Shown here: positions 9,412-20,106 of the stretch, one piece after another
Layout: the number at the start of each line of letters is the position of its first letter
How positions within the stretch are numbered: the stretch's first letter is position 1
Source of the DNA: Candidatus Hydrogenedentota bacterium
GTDB lineage: Bacteria > Hydrogenedentota > Hydrogenedentia > Hydrogenedentales > SLHB01
Assembly: GCA_963745075.1 (NCBI GenBank)
Contig: CAVUWV010000018.1
Span: 256,001-320,000, forward strand
Direction of reading: 5' to 3'
DNA: 64,000 nt
Program-made: the position numbers and the translations under genes
The notes under the pieces: model-generated
What the model was told of the DNA's origin: nothing
Database searches by the model: none
Seen by the model: only the letters and a program-made list of their open reading frames with translations

Positions 9412-11320
9412 CAGAAATGTCCTCCCACTGTCCGTTCTCCTTAATAAATAGGATCCCCATATCGCGCCAGAATTGAAGGCGTGAGATCGTGTGTCGAATC
9501 AATGCGTCCGTCAACTCGTTCTGGGCATCCGTATAGGCGTTTTGCGCGTCGATCTGGTCGAGCGGAATCGCGATGCCGAGTTCGGAACGAAGGTCTTGCT
9601 CCTCGACGCGCCGTTTCGCGAGATCCAGGGCCAGTTTGCGGTTTTCGTAGTCCCAGCGCGCCTGATCCAAATCGCGCCACGCATTGCGCACGTCCAGTGT
9701 AACATTATCCTCTGCAAGCGACAATTCCCGGAACGCCCGCTCGTAGGAAATCAGACTGGTCCGGTAGGTATTCCGTTCGGACTTGCGATCCAGGGGCAAA
9801 TCCACGTCAAACCCCGCGCTCCACCGGGCGCGCTGAAAGTCCAACGTATTGAACGTGTCCTGACCGGGATCGCTGTCCACATTGCCGGAAACGACCAGAT
9901 CGAGGTCCGGTTTCAGGTTGTTCGCGGCGACCTTGATCTTGCGTTCGGCGTCATCAACTTCGTCTCGTACGTTGTACAAATCCAACCGCGCGACGCGGGC
10001 CACGGCGACGGCGTCTTCACTGGCGATATCGGGGTGGATGATCCCCCGAGCCATCAGCCGGGTAAGTTCCTCGTCATCCAACACGATCGGCGTTTCGGTG
10101 GAGAGACCGAGCAGAATCTTGAATTGGTCGAGACTTTGCTTGTAGGCACGTACCGAATTCACCCAGGTGTTCTCAGCGTTCAATTCCGATTGCTCGATTC
10201 GTCCGAGACCGGCCTGGGTCGTGCGCCCCTCGTCTGCAAGGGCCCGCGTCAATTCGGCTTGGCGGCGAAACGCCTGATAGCCTTGCCAGTTGTTGCGCAC
10301 GGCGTCCCGCCGTTGCAGGACTTCGTAGTAGTTAGAAGCCACCTGCACGGCGAATTCCTTGCGGTACCGTGTGAAGGACCGCAATTGGTACAGCACGTCC
10401 CGCTCGGACTGGGTCAACACTTCCGCCGCCACGTCACTTCCACGTCCCCGGAGAAGCGGCTGCGTAATGCTGCCGACAAGTGCTGACGACGTGGAAACGT
10501 CGGGATTCCCGGTCAAGAAACGAAGGAAGTTCGAGGTCAGGCCGATGGCAATCTGGCCGCCCCCCTTGAGCAACATCCCCACGCCGATTCTGGATTGACC
10601 GGATACGCTGCGTTCGTTGCGGATTTCGTTGTCCGGCTGATTGGCCCCGGAAACGGTGAAAGCCTCATCGACGACGTTCGCATAGGAGTTGAGCAACTGA
10701 GCGGGCGTGCCGGAGAGGGCCGCGATGCCTTCCAGCGTCGCGATGGAGACGTTATTCGGCGCCACGCCGAACAACTCCAGATACCCGGCCGCCGTCGAGG
10801 CGTTGCCCAAGCTGGTGGACGCATTGTTTCCGGCCTGGCTCAGCCACCCCGGAATCGCCTGCGCGAGTTCTGCCGAGCCGGAGAGCTTGGAGACATCCGT
10901 CGTGGAACGATTGTACTCCGATGATCCTTGCGCGGAGAAGATGGGTGCATATCGATGACGGTCGAGTGTCAACGAAAGAGCCTGAAGGTACAGTAATTCC
11001 TTCTGATTCTGGTAGGTGCGGTTGTGATTCACAGCGATCCGAAGTGCATCTTCGAGTGAAATAATGTGGGCGCCGATTTCAAACGATCCCGCGTCGCCCA
11101 AATAATCGTCGGTTTCGCTGGATACGGGCAAGCTTTCCAGGGGGTCCGTCTTTACTTCGTCAATGGTGAAGTCCAACGTCATGCCCGGAACGGCGGGACT
11201 CTTCTGGTCGATGATCTTGTACGCCTCGCGGTCCGCGCTTTCGCGATAGTGGGTGGTCGTACAGCCCACGGCAAAGATTAATCCCAGCGAGAGAATCAGT
11301 GTGATACGAGAAGCATTCAT
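9371..11320 (-). CDS. TolC-family outer membrane efflux lipoprotein
   Basis: Lipobox FAVGC; ISLEDALRIAVNHN; ITQPLLRG; two OEP-like helical repeats; first gene of the exporter operon. Confidence 0.88.
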   Translation of the reverse strand: MNASRITLILSLGLIFAVGCTTTHYRESADREAYKIIDQKSPAVPGMTLDFTIDEVKTDPLESLPVSSETDDYLGDAGSFEIGAHIISLEDALRIAVNHNRTYQNQKELLYLQALSLTLDRHRYAPIFSAQGSSEYNRSTTDVSKLSGSAELAQAIPGWLSQAGNNASTSLGNASTAAGYLELFGVAPNNVSIATLEGIAALSGTPAQLLNSYANVVDEAFTVSGANQPDNEIRNERSVSGQSRIGVGMLLKGGGQIAIGLTSNFLRFLTGNPDVSTSSALVGSITQPLLRGRGSDVAAEVLTQSERDVLYQLRSFTRYRKEFAVQVASNYYEVLQRRDAVRNNWQGYQAFRRQAELTRALADEGRTTQAGLGRIEQSELNAENTWVNSVRAYKQSLDQFKILLGLSTETPIVLDDEELTRLMARGIIHPDIASEDAVAVARVARLDLYNVRDEVDDAERKIKVAANNLKPDLDLVVSGNVDSDPGQDTFNTLDFQRARWSAGFDVDLPLDRKSERNTYRTSLISYERAFRELSLAEDNVTLDVRNAWRDLDQARWDYENRKLALDLAKRRVEEQDLRSELGIAIPLDQIDAQNAYTDAQNELTDALIRHTISRLQFWRDMGILFIKENGQWEDISDVPTETSDQTAEK

Positions 11321-11636
11321 GGAGTAACTGCGTGGCCCCGGCCCAACGAACCCGTTCGGCTTTAACAACTTACCAACAATTCGAACATTAACAATTGACA
11401 TCAAAAGACATACTCTATCACAAGATGGAACCCGAAAGGACGCAAAAAGTTCCACGAGCCGGATTCGCGCCGCGACTGCCCACCCCACCCATCGCCGGGA
11501 GAACGCAGTAGTAATAACCCACCGAGTCTATTTCGTGTCTTCAGTTCTATGCACCCGATCGCCGGTATCGATCACGAGGACGGCTCGATCAAGGCCAGAA
11601 ATGGGAAGAGGACTCGGTGGCAGAGCAAGGCCGAAT

Positions 11637-12572
11637 TCACAAGGGATGTGTGTCAAAGAATGCCCGAACTTCCTCCACGTCGCGGCCGATCTGGGCAATC
11701 AATTCGGTAACGGAGGGAAACTTGAGTTCAGACCGGAGCCGGCGAAGAAAGGTAATTTCGATTTCGTGCCCTTCTAAGTCGCCCTCAAAATCCAGGAGAA
11801 AGGCCTCGATCGCCACATCTTCATTACGGATGGTCGGCGCTACCCCGATGTTCACGGCTGCCGGGTAGGCGGCATCGTCGACGTCCGCGCGGGCGACATA
11901 GACGCCCTGCGCGGGGATCGCACTATGGTGCGGCTCGATGTTGGCGGTCGGAAACCCGAGTGTTGTGCCCACTTTGCGCCCCGACACGACCTCGCCCACG
12001 ATGGAGTAGGGCCGGCCCAGAAAGGTCTCCGCCTTTTCCAGGTCGCCCAGGAGCAATCGCTCCCGGATGAGCGTGCTGCTGACGCGTTCCCCGTCACGGA
12101 GAAGGGGCGGAACCTGGGTGACCGAAAACCCGTATTCTGGTGCGAGTTCTTTGAGAAGTTCGAAATCGCCACGGGCGTCGTGGCCAAACCGGAAGTCGTG
12201 ACCGACGACGATGGCCTGCACGTTGCAGCGATCCACGAGAATCGTCTTTACAAAGTCTTCGGGTTCGAGTGCCGCCACACTGGCGTCGAACGGGAGAATG
12301 AAAACTGCGTCAATCCCGGCTTCGGCAAACAGACGCCATTTCTTACTTTCGTTTGTGAGGAGACTGGGCGCGTGCTCCGGGGCAAAGAATTCGCGGGGAT
12401 GGGGTTTCAATGTGAGCACGGCGCCGGCGCCGCCCCGCGCCATCGCCTGGTCGTTCACGGCACTGAGAATCTTGCGATGTCCCAGATGAACGCCGTCAAA
12501 ACTGCCGACCGTCAACACAAGATTCGGGAAGTGGCAGTCCGAAACGAGAATATTCTCAATAACCTCAATCAC
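11637..12572 (-). CDS. ribF: Bifunctional riboflavin kinase/FAD synthetase
   Basis: GSFDGVHLGH, VGHDFRFG, VSSTLIR, LGFPTAN; GTG start overlaps truB stop (GTGA). Confidence 0.96.
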   Translation of the reverse strand: MIEVIENILVSDCHFPNLVLTVGSFDGVHLGHRKILSAVNDQAMARGGAGAVLTLKPHPREFFAPEHAPSLLTNESKKWRLFAEAGIDAVFILPFDASVAALEPEDFVKTILVDRCNVQAIVVGHDFRFGHDARGDFELLKELAPEYGFSVTQVPPLLRDGERVSSTLIRERLLLGDLEKAETFLGRPYSIVGEVVSGRKVGTTLGFPTANIEPHHSAIPAQGVYVARADVDDAAYPAAVNIGVAPTIRNEDVAIEAFLLDFEGDLEGHEIEITFLRRLRSELKFPSVTELIAQIGRDVEEVRAFFDTHPL

Positions 12573-13462
12573 CGTCCGCACAACACCCGCTTCGGCAGGA
12601 TTCTCCGAACCCCCATGTTCGACTCGACGAGTCCCAGTGCCAGTAGCTCCCCGTCCTCCGACTTCACCTGGATCCATCCGTGATCCACCGGACAGACTTG
12701 CCGCAGATCCGGCGCTTCAATTGTACCGCCAGCGGCAACGACTTTTCGAGATGCGCTGCGCACGACCACCTCGGGAAGATCCAGCGCCTGGCCGAGCGGA
12801 AGAAGTCGCGAGGATACGGTTTCCAGGGACGTAAAGCCGTCCACGGCGAGGGCATCTGCAACGGTATACTTGCCGACGGCCGTCCGCCGAAGTCCCGAAA
12901 GGCAGGCGCCGCACCCCATCTTCTGGCCAACGTCGTGGCATAGACTCCGCGCGTATGTCCCCCGCGTGCAGCACAAACGAAACGTCGCCGTCGGCGGCGT
13001 GCAGTCCAGAATACGGAACTCCTTGACGGTGACCGGCCGGGATTCCCGATGCACGGTTTCACCCTTGCGCGCGCGCTTATACAAACGCTCCCCCCCGACT
13101 TTGACGGCGCTGACCATGGGGGGAACTTGCATGATCGTGCCCACGAAAGCGTCGCAAACCGACTGCAATTCCGCTTGGGACACCAACGGGACTTCTCGCT
13201 CCTCCAAAACGGCGCCATCCAGGTCGTAGGAGTCGGTCGTCGTTCCCAGAAGAATGGCGCCTTCGTACGTCTTGTCGAGGCCGGTGAGAAACTCGGACAG
13301 GCGCGTCGCCGACCCAAGGCAGAGCACCAGCAATCCGGTGGCAGCGGGATCCAGGGTACCCGTATGCCCGATCCGGCGCATGCCTGCCGCCCGGCGGATA
13401 TGGTCCACCACGTCGTGGGACGTCATCCCCGCGGGCTTATCGACCAGCAAGAGTCCGTTCAC
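12569..13462 (-). CDS. truB: tRNA pseudouridine(55) synthase
   Basis: GLLLVDKPAGMTSHDVV, GHTGTLDPAATG, QVPPMVSAVK, GTYARSL. Confidence 0.96.
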   Translation of the reverse strand: MNGLLLVDKPAGMTSHDVVDHIRRAAGMRRIGHTGTLDPAATGLLVLCLGSATRLSEFLTGLDKTYEGAILLGTTTDSYDLDGAVLEEREVPLVSQAELQSVCDAFVGTIMQVPPMVSAVKVGGERLYKRARKGETVHRESRPVTVKEFRILDCTPPTATFRLCCTRGTYARSLCHDVGQKMGCGACLSGLRRTAVGKYTVADALAVDGFTSLETVSSRLLPLGQALDLPEVVVRSASRKVVAAGGTIEAPDLRQVCPVDHGWIQVKSEDGELLALGLVESNMGVRRILPKRVLCGR

Positions 13463-14440
13463 AGATCGACTCGCAAGGTATCGCGCAGATACTGGAAAAG
13501 GTGCTCCCGGGCCTCGTCGAGGGGCCAGGGCAGCGAGGCGCCCGCGGCCATCGCGTGTCCTCCGCCACCAAAATGCTGCGCGATTTCGGCGGAGTTGATG
13601 GCGGGTTGCGACCGGAAACTGACCTTGGTCACCTGCGGCTCGGTCTGCCGGAACAGCATGGCCAAGTGCACGCCCTCGAGATTGCGCAGGTAGTTGATTA
13701 GTCCGTCCACGTCCTCCGGGAGTGCCCCCGTTTCGCGCAAATCTTCCTGGGTGATGTAGCCGTGGGCGATGCGGCCGCCGTCGCACATCGCAGCCCGTTC
13801 CAGCAACCGCCGGAGTAGATGAAACTTCCCGACGGACATGGTGTCGATAACGCGCGAGGTAATTTCGCGGAACGTTGATCCCGGTCTCGATGAGCCGGGC
13901 CGCCACCCGGTGCGAATGGGAGGTTGTATTCGCGTAACGGAAATTTCCGGTGTCGGTCGACAATGCCACGTAAAGGCATTCCGCGACGAGCCGGTCCAGG
14001 GGCACTTCGGCCGCGTCAAACAGGTCGACGACGATCTCTCCGGTCGCCGCGTAGCTGGGCGCGATGAAATGCACGGTGCCGTTGCGCTCGTCGGTAATGT
14101 GATGATCCACGATGGCGATCGGCGTATCGGGGGGAATCGACGCGGATACGGCCCCGACCCGTTCGAGGGAGTTCGCGTCGGCGATCAGCACCAGGTCGAA
14201 GGGTCCTTCGATGCGGTCGGCCGCGACGATATCGCCGGCTCCCGGGAGCCAGTCGTATACGCGGGGGACGGGATCGTGAAGGCACGTCGTGACCGCTTCA
14301 ACGCCGAGTGACCGCGCCAAAGACGCCAGCGCAAGAATGGACCCCACGGCGTCGCCATCGGGGTTGACATGGCTGGTAATCAGTACTCGGGAAGCGCCTC
14401 GAATGGCGTCAACGATGGAGGCTGCATTACTCTTGGGCAT
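13459..14440 (-). CDS. nrnA: DHH/DHHA1 oligoribonuclease / pAp phosphatase, one-base frameshift near 13870
   Basis: SHVNPDGDAVGS, IVDHH, STDTGNF in the first frame; KVSFRS and FGGGGHAMAAG in the second; canonical position between rbfA and truB. Confidence 0.88.
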
Positions 14441-14801
14441 TGTCGTCTTGTTCTTGTTCCGCATGGATTTCCCTGAAACGGTCTTCGAGACTGTAGACAT
14501 CGTCCAGCGTGGTGTCCTCAAAAAAGCGAATCTCCGGTGTGACCCGGAGCCGAAGCCGTCTCCCGATTTCACGCCGGATCCATCCGGCCGATTGCTGAAG
14601 TCCGATGAGCGAACTCTTCCGTTCCGCCTCCGAACCGAACACGCTGACGTACACGTTGGCGTAGTGGAGGTCGGGCGACATTTTTACACTCATAACGGAT
14701 ACGAACCCGATACGTGGATCTTTCACGTCCTTGGCGAGAAGATCGGCGACCTCCTTGCGAACTTGCTCGCCTACGCGTTTGGGTCTGGCTTTTTCCATCA
14801 C
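14427..14801 (-). CDS. rbfA: Ribosome-binding factor A
   Basis: RPKRVGEQVRKEV...VKDPRI...MSPDLHYANVY...RLRVTPEIRF. Confidence 0.96.
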   Translation of the reverse strand: MMEKARPKRVGEQVRKEVADLLAKDVKDPRIGFVSVMSVKMSPDLHYANVYVSVFGSEAERKSSLIGLQQSAGWIRREIGRRLRLRVTPEIRFFEDTTLDDVYSLEDRFREIHAEQEQDDNAQE

Positions 14802-15079
14802 ATCATCTCAATGCGGTAATCGACCACCTCGGCGCCCCCTTTGTTGCAGGCGAATCGGGCGATCTCGTTGAGTTGGGTATTCACGAAGCGGCTGTCATCA
14901 CCCACGACGCAGGCCGCGAGACGCGCGCGGCTCCAGTGATCTTTGGGTTCGACCTCCGCAATCGAACAGTTGTACCGGCTGCGCAATTGTTCTTTCAGGC
15001 TCTTAACGACCCGGCGCTTGTCCTTGAGAGACCGGGAACCGGAAACGAGCAGATCGATCGTAAGCAGACCGATGGTCAT
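14798..15079 (-). CDS. DUF503 (YlxP-like) protein
   Basis: SRSLKDKRRVVKSLKEQLRSRYNCSIAEV; typical position between infB and rbfA. Confidence 0.9.
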   Translation of the reverse strand: MTIGLLTIDLLVSGSRSLKDKRRVVKSLKEQLRSRYNCSIAEVEPKDHWSRARLAACVVGDDSRFVNTQLNEIARFACNKGGAEVVDYRIEMM

Positions 15080-15234
15080 TCCGCACGTCCTATCCCGGAA
15101 TTCTCGCACGCACGAGACGCTGGATCGGCAATCCCAATTCGCGCTGAGCTATTACGTTTTCTCGGGAGCATTTCTCACCGCCTCCTGAGACACCGGTCCG
15201 CGAGGGAAGGTCTTCAAGCCGTGCGAAATGTGGG

Positions 15235-18060
15235 CTATGCCAAGGTCTTGGCTACCGATTCGATTCGATAGGTTTCAATGATATCGCCAACCTTGATGTC
15301 CTCGAAGGAATCCAACTTGATACCGCATTCGTATCCGGTGGCGACCGTCCGTGCGTCGTCCTTTTCCCGGCGCAAGGTGGCGACCTTCCCTTCGTAAACG
15401 ATGGCGTCGTCGCGCAGGATCCGGGCGAGCGATCCGCGCTGGACCTCGCCGTCCAACACGTAGCACCCGGCAATGTTGCCGAGCGACGAGGACCGGAATA
15501 CCTGGCGGATTTCGACGTGCCCGGAAACGACTTCCTTCGACTCGGGCGTCAACATCCCTTCCAGCGCCAGGCGGACGTCTTCGATCGCCTCGTAGATGAC
15601 GCGGTAGGTCCGGATATCCACCCCTTCCTGTTCCGCGAGCTTCTGGGCACGCGGACTGGCGCTCACGTGGAACCCCATGATCACGGCGTCGCTCGCGCTC
15701 GCCAGCAGGATGTCGGACTCGTTGATTCCGCCCACGCCGGTGTGAACCAGTTTGACTTCCACTTCCTGGTTGCCCAATTTGGAGAGGCTCGACTCGAGCA
15801 CGTCCACCGAACCTTGCACGTCGGCTTTGACCAGCACGTTCAAGATGTTCTTTTCGCCGGCCATCATCTGCTCGTGGAAGTCTTCGAGCGTGACACGGCG
15901 CAGGGCCCGCCCTTGCTTTTGCTTCGACAAGTCCGCGCGTTTCTCCGCGATGGCCCGCGCCGCGCGCTCTTCTTCAACCGCAGCGAATTGATCGCCCGCA
16001 GCCGGTGGCGCACTGAACCCGGTCACCACGATTGGCGTAGCGGGTCCGGCTTCGGTCAATGACTCGCCGCGGGCATTGTGCATCGTACGCACCCGCCCGA
16101 AGGTCTCCCCGGCGAGGAAGACATCGCCCGCGCGCAACGTCCCTTTCTGGACTAGAATCCACGCCACGGGGCCTTGACCGCGGGAAATCTCGGATTCGAT
16201 GACCACGCCACGCGCGCGCCGGTCGGGGTTCGCTTTCAGTTCGAGCAGTTCCGCCTGCAGCACCAGGAGTTCGAGGAGTTCGTCGATGCCCTCGCCGGTC
16301 TTCGCGGAAATGTTCCGCATGATCGTTTTCCCGCCCCAGGCTTCGTCGACCAATTCGAACCGGGTCAATTCCTGGCGAATGCGGTCGGGCTGCGCATCGG
16401 GTTTGTCGCATTTGTTCACCGCGACCACAATGGGGACCTCGGCGGCCTTGGCGTGATCGATAGCCTCGATCGTTTGCGGCATGACGCCGTCATCGGCCGC
16501 AACCACCAATACCACGATGTCGGTGGCCTGGGCGCCGCGCGAACGCATTTGCGTGAAGGCTTCGTGACCGGGCGTATCGAGGAAGACTACGCGCCCGTCG
16601 CCGATGGGAACGTCGTACGCCGCAATGTGCTGCGTGATACCGCCCGCCTCGCCTTCGGCGACGTTGGCCGCGCGAACGCGGTCCAGGAAGGTGGTCTTCC
16701 CGTGGTCGACGTGCCCCATCACGGTGATGACGGGCGCGCGCGGCTTCAGCGATTCGGGGGCGTCCGGTTCCTGGGCGAGGATTTGGTCCTCTTCCGGGAT
16801 GACGGAACGGACCTCCATTCCCTTGGGCTCGGCGATTTTGCGGATCAAGTCCATCCCGAGCGTCTGGTTCTTCGTAGCCAGGACTTCAAGATCCATCAAG
16901 TCCAGGATAATGTCGTTCACCGAAACATCCATCTGCGACGCCAGCTCCTCGACGGTCATCGTGTCTTCGACTTCGATGACCTTGGGCGACGCATACTGTT
17001 CAATAGCCTCCATATCTCCGCCTTCATCGCGACCTTTCCGCCGCTTTTTCTTGCGCCCCCCGGGACCCATAAGACCACCGCCGGCGTATTCGCGAACGGT
17101 GGCCGCGGCGTCGCGGCGTAGATTCTCTTCAGCGCGCAACCGTTCCGCGCGTTTTTGACGCTTGCGTGCGGTTTTTCCAGTGCCGCCCTTCCGCTGATCG
17201 ATCACGCGTTGGGCCTGGAGTTTCTTCATGCGTTCGGCGGCTTTGCGCTGCACTTCCGCCACAACGGCAGGGTCGGGCTTCACCGCGGGCCGACCCGAAG
17301 TCTTCACGCGGCGGGCTTCTTCCTCTTCCTGCCGCTGTTCGGCTTCCTTCAACAACGGCGAGGACTCGTCCTCCTCCGTCTCGGCGGCCTCGTCGGATTC
17401 GACGATCTCCAGCTCTTTCGCTTCGACGTGGGTGCCATCGGCGCGTACAACTTCAACGGCGGGCTCCGCCTTTTCAACGGCGGCACCGATAATGATGCCG
17501 GGCTCCTTACGCTCTTCCTTCGCTTTCTTGGCTGTCTCCGCTTTCTTCTTCTTCTTCGGCTTGGCCTCGACTGGTTCAGCCTGGAGAACTTCACCCGAAA
17601 CTACCGACTCCGCGGTCTCGCCTCGAATGATCTCGACTACCGGCGCGGATTCTTCGGATTCGGCAGCCTCGGCAGCGGGCGCCATCGGCTCTTCTACTTC
17701 CTCGGCGTCCGTTTCGGCAGTCTTCTTCTTGGCGGGCGCCTTCTTCTTGGCGGCGGGCTTCTTTTTCGCTGCGGCCGCTTTCTTCTTGGCAGCGGCCTTC
17801 TTTCGCGTTTCCGCGCTCTTTTTGGCGGCCTGCCGGAGCTTTTCCTTCTTCTTCTTTTCTTTTTCGATCTCTTTCAATTTCTCATCACGAACCCGCTCGG
17901 CGACGGAAGGATCGTCTGCCACTTCGATAAGCAAGTCACACGCCTCGTCGCCAATGACGGATTCCACGTCATGGACGTCGATAAACATGTAGCGCAGCCG
18001 CTCGATCGCCCATTCGGGCTTGACGTCAAGACGATCGGCTAAGCTGGAAACAGTCTGCAT
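15235..18060 (-). CDS. infB: Translation initiation factor IF-2
   Basis: [39 protein letters not shown]. Confidence 0.98.
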   Translation of the reverse strand: MQTVSSLADRLDVKPEWAIERLRYMFIDVHDVESVIGDEACDLLIEVADDPSVAERVRDEKLKEIEKEKKKKEKLRQAAKKSAETRKKAAAKKKAAAAKKKPAAKKKAPAKKKTAETDAEEVEEPMAPAAEAAESEESAPVVEIIRGETAESVVSGEVLQAEPVEAKPKKKKKAETAKKAKEERKEPGIIIGAAVEKAEPAVEVVRADGTHVEAKELEIVESDEAAETEEDESSPLLKEAEQRQEEEEARRVKTSGRPAVKPDPAVVAEVQRKAAERMKKLQAQRVIDQRKGGTGKTARKRQKRAERLRAEENLRRDAAATVREYAGGGLMGPGGRKKKRRKGRDEGGDMEAIEQYASPKVIEVEDTMTVEELASQMDVSVNDIILDLMDLEVLATKNQTLGMDLIRKIAEPKGMEVRSVIPEEDQILAQEPDAPESLKPRAPVITVMGHVDHGKTTFLDRVRAANVAEGEAGGITQHIAAYDVPIGDGRVVFLDTPGHEAFTQMRSRGAQATDIVVLVVAADDGVMPQTIEAIDHAKAAEVPIVVAVNKCDKPDAQPDRIRQELTRFELVDEAWGGKTIMRNISAKTGEGIDELLELLVLQAELLELKANPDRRARGVVIESEISRGQGPVAWILVQKGTLRAGDVFLAGETFGRVRTMHNARGESLTEAGPATPIVVTGFSAPPAAGDQFAAVEEERAARAIAEKRADLSKQKQGRALRRVTLEDFHEQMMAGEKNILNVLVKADVQGSVDVLESSLSKLGNQEVEVKLVHTGVGGINESDILLASASDAVIMGFHVSASPRAQKLAEQEGVDIRTYRVIYEAIEDVRLALEGMLTPESKEVVSGHVEIRQVFRSSSLGNIAGCYVLDGEVQRGSLARILRDDAIVYEGKVATLRREKDDARTVATGYECGIKLDSFEDIKVGDIIETYRIESVAKTLA

Positions 18061-18116
18061 GTACTCGTACTCCCGGGTTCCCGTAGTTCCTGAAATTCAG
18101 ATCAAAACATGCGCAG

Positions 18117-19344
18117 TTACTCCGCGCTTTCTTCCTGGTTGGTCGGTACTTCCTCTGCGGAATCGGCATCCGCCGACTCCGGCGTATCCAATTCCTCCGA
18201 CAGTTTCTCCGGCGCGTCGCCGGCGCTCGTTGGATCGGCCTCTTCGCTCGCGGTGTCCGCGCCCTCGACAGGTGCATCGGCCGCTGCCTGTGGCGGTCCG
18301 CCGGCCAATTCCACATCGCTCTTGATGTCGATATTCCACCCCATGAGCTTAGACGCGAGCCGGGCGTTCTGGCCCCGCTTGCCAATCGCCAGCGACAACT
18401 GATCGTGCGGAACGATCACAAGAATGGACTTTGCCGACTCGTCGACGGTAATGTCCAGAATGTCGGCCGGGTTCAAGGCATTTCCGCACAGCTCGACGGG
18501 GTCGTCACTCCACCGCACAATATCGATTTTCTCGCCGCAGAGTTCTTCCACGACGGCGCGTACGCGCGACCCTTTCATGCCGACGCAGGCGCCAACGGCG
18601 TCCACGTTCGGGTCGTTCGACAACACGGCAATCTTCGTTCGGCTTCCGGGCTCGCGTGCGATTCCGCGTATGACGATCGTGCCGTCGTAGATTTCCGGAA
18701 CCTCTCAGATCGAACAGCGCCCGGACCAGTTCCGGCGACGTGCGGGACAGGACGATCTGTGGTCCTCGCGGGCTCTTCTCGACTTCGAGCAAATGCGCGC
18801 GAATGCGGTCGCCGGGCTTGAAGTTCTCGCGCGGAGACTGCTCGCGGATGGGCAGAATGGCTTCCGCCCGCCCCACGGACACAATCAGGTTCCCGTGACT
18901 ACCGCGCTTCACGACGCCGGTCACGAGTTCGCCCTCGCGTTTTTTGAATTCGTCGTAGACGTTTTCGCGCTCGGCATCCTTGATCTTCTGGATAATGACT
19001 TGTTTGGCGGTCTGTGCGGCGATGCGGCCGAAATCCTTGGGCTCGGTCGGCAGTTTGAGCATGTCCCCGACCTGGGCTTCGGGATTCAGCGTTTTGGCTT
19101 CGTCGAGTGCCATCTCTTTGCTCTTGTCCGCGACTTCCTCAACTACCGTTCGAATCTCGAATACTTGAAACGCCAAGGTGCGGGGATCCATGTCGACCGT
19201 GATCGTGGCTGTAACCGGAAAGCTTTTTCGTGCGGCGGTTTCGATGGCAGTCCGGATAGCCTCCAGTAACGTATTGCGATCGATGCTCTTTTCGGCCTGA
19301 AGCTGCTGCAAGATAACTTGCAAATTCGGGTCCTTTGGCTCCAC
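18117..19344 (-). CDS. nusA: Transcription elongation factor NusA, one-base frameshift near 18705
   Basis: FGRIAAQTAKQVIIQKI, S1 domain, LFDL/EVPEI junction, GACVGMKGSRV, LSLAIGKRGQNARLA. Confidence 0.95.
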
Positions 19345-19369
19345 GTGTTCACCTCGTTTCCCAAACCGG

Positions 19370-19825
19370 CTATCGGTCCAGGTTGGCCCGTTGAATATTG
19401 TCGATACAAATGTCGAAGTGCTCGCCGTCGCAGTCTACCGTCACCATATCTTCCACAATGCCCGTGAGGACGCCCGTAAACCGTTTGCGTCCCTGGACCG
19501 GAAGATGCGCGCGAATCTTAATGCGCTCGCCGGCAAACCGTCTAAAGTCTTCGGGCTTTCGAACCGGCCGTTCGAATCCCGGCGACGAAACCTCCAGCAT
19601 GTAGCTGCCGTCGATAAGGTCGGAGGCATCCAGCAGCGGGTTCAGCAACTGCGAAACCGCGGTGCAGTCGTCCAGGGTGATGCCGCCTTCCCGATCTACG
19701 AAAATGCGGAGAATCCAGTGATGACCGTGCTGACCGAACTCGACCTCGACCAACTCGTAACCCTGTTCTTCGAGATGTGGCTCAAGTTCGCGCCAAGCGC
19801 GCTGAATTACTTGTTCTTTAGCCAC
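19370..19825 (-). CDS. rimP: Ribosome maturation factor RimP
   Basis: LRIFVDREGGITLDDC, YMLEVSSPGFERP; GTG start with AGAGGA SD. Confidence 0.95.
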   Translation of the reverse strand: MAKEQVIQRAWRELEPHLEEQGYELVEVEFGQHGHHWILRIFVDREGGITLDDCTAVSQLLNPLLDASDLIDGSYMLEVSSPGFERPVRKPEDFRRFAGERIKIRAHLPVQGRKRFTGVLTGIVEDMVTVDCDGEHFDICIDNIQRANLDR

Positions 19826-19847
19826 TGGAATCCTCTCGCATACAACC

Positions 19848-19874
19848 AAAAAGAGTGGGTGCTAACCCACTCTT
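19848..19874 (-). promoter_or_regulatory. rimP leader hairpin (attenuator/terminator-like)
   Basis: AAGAGTGGGT-TAGC-ACCCACTCTT-TTT directly upstream of rimP; resembles the GAGTGGG...CCCACTC leader hairpins known upstream of rimP. Confidence 0.75.
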
Positions 19875-20106
19875 CCGTCAAATCGCACATTGACGAGCAA
19901 CAGTTTAGCACAAAGCCGCTTCCAGGTGCAACCGACGGACGGAGCGCAAACGCGGCGGGTGCAATCAGTCGAGGTTTTCCAGTTTTCCGTACTCACCGCG
20001 CAATGGTAAACTGCATTAACGGTAATTGAAAGGTTTCGCAGAAGTCTCACGGCTATGACCTACCGCTACGAGAACCCGGTCGACACCAGACCGCGAGGAG
20101 GCGATT

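Noticed and set aside
11355..11400. Repeated AACAA motifs upstream of the TolC operon as a regulator binding site
   Set aside because: Irregular spacing in an AT-rich promoter region and no neighbouring regulator; too weak to call
12569..14572. Apparent 667-aa NrnA-TruB fusion in the ORF track
   Set aside because: Produced by the frameshift near 13870; the real nrnA C-terminus is in another frame and truB has its own GTG overlapping the nrnA stop
18117..19344. nusA pseudogene or programmed frameshift
   Set aside because: Normally essential gene, no slippery heptamer seen, and one of many similar single-base indels in the window
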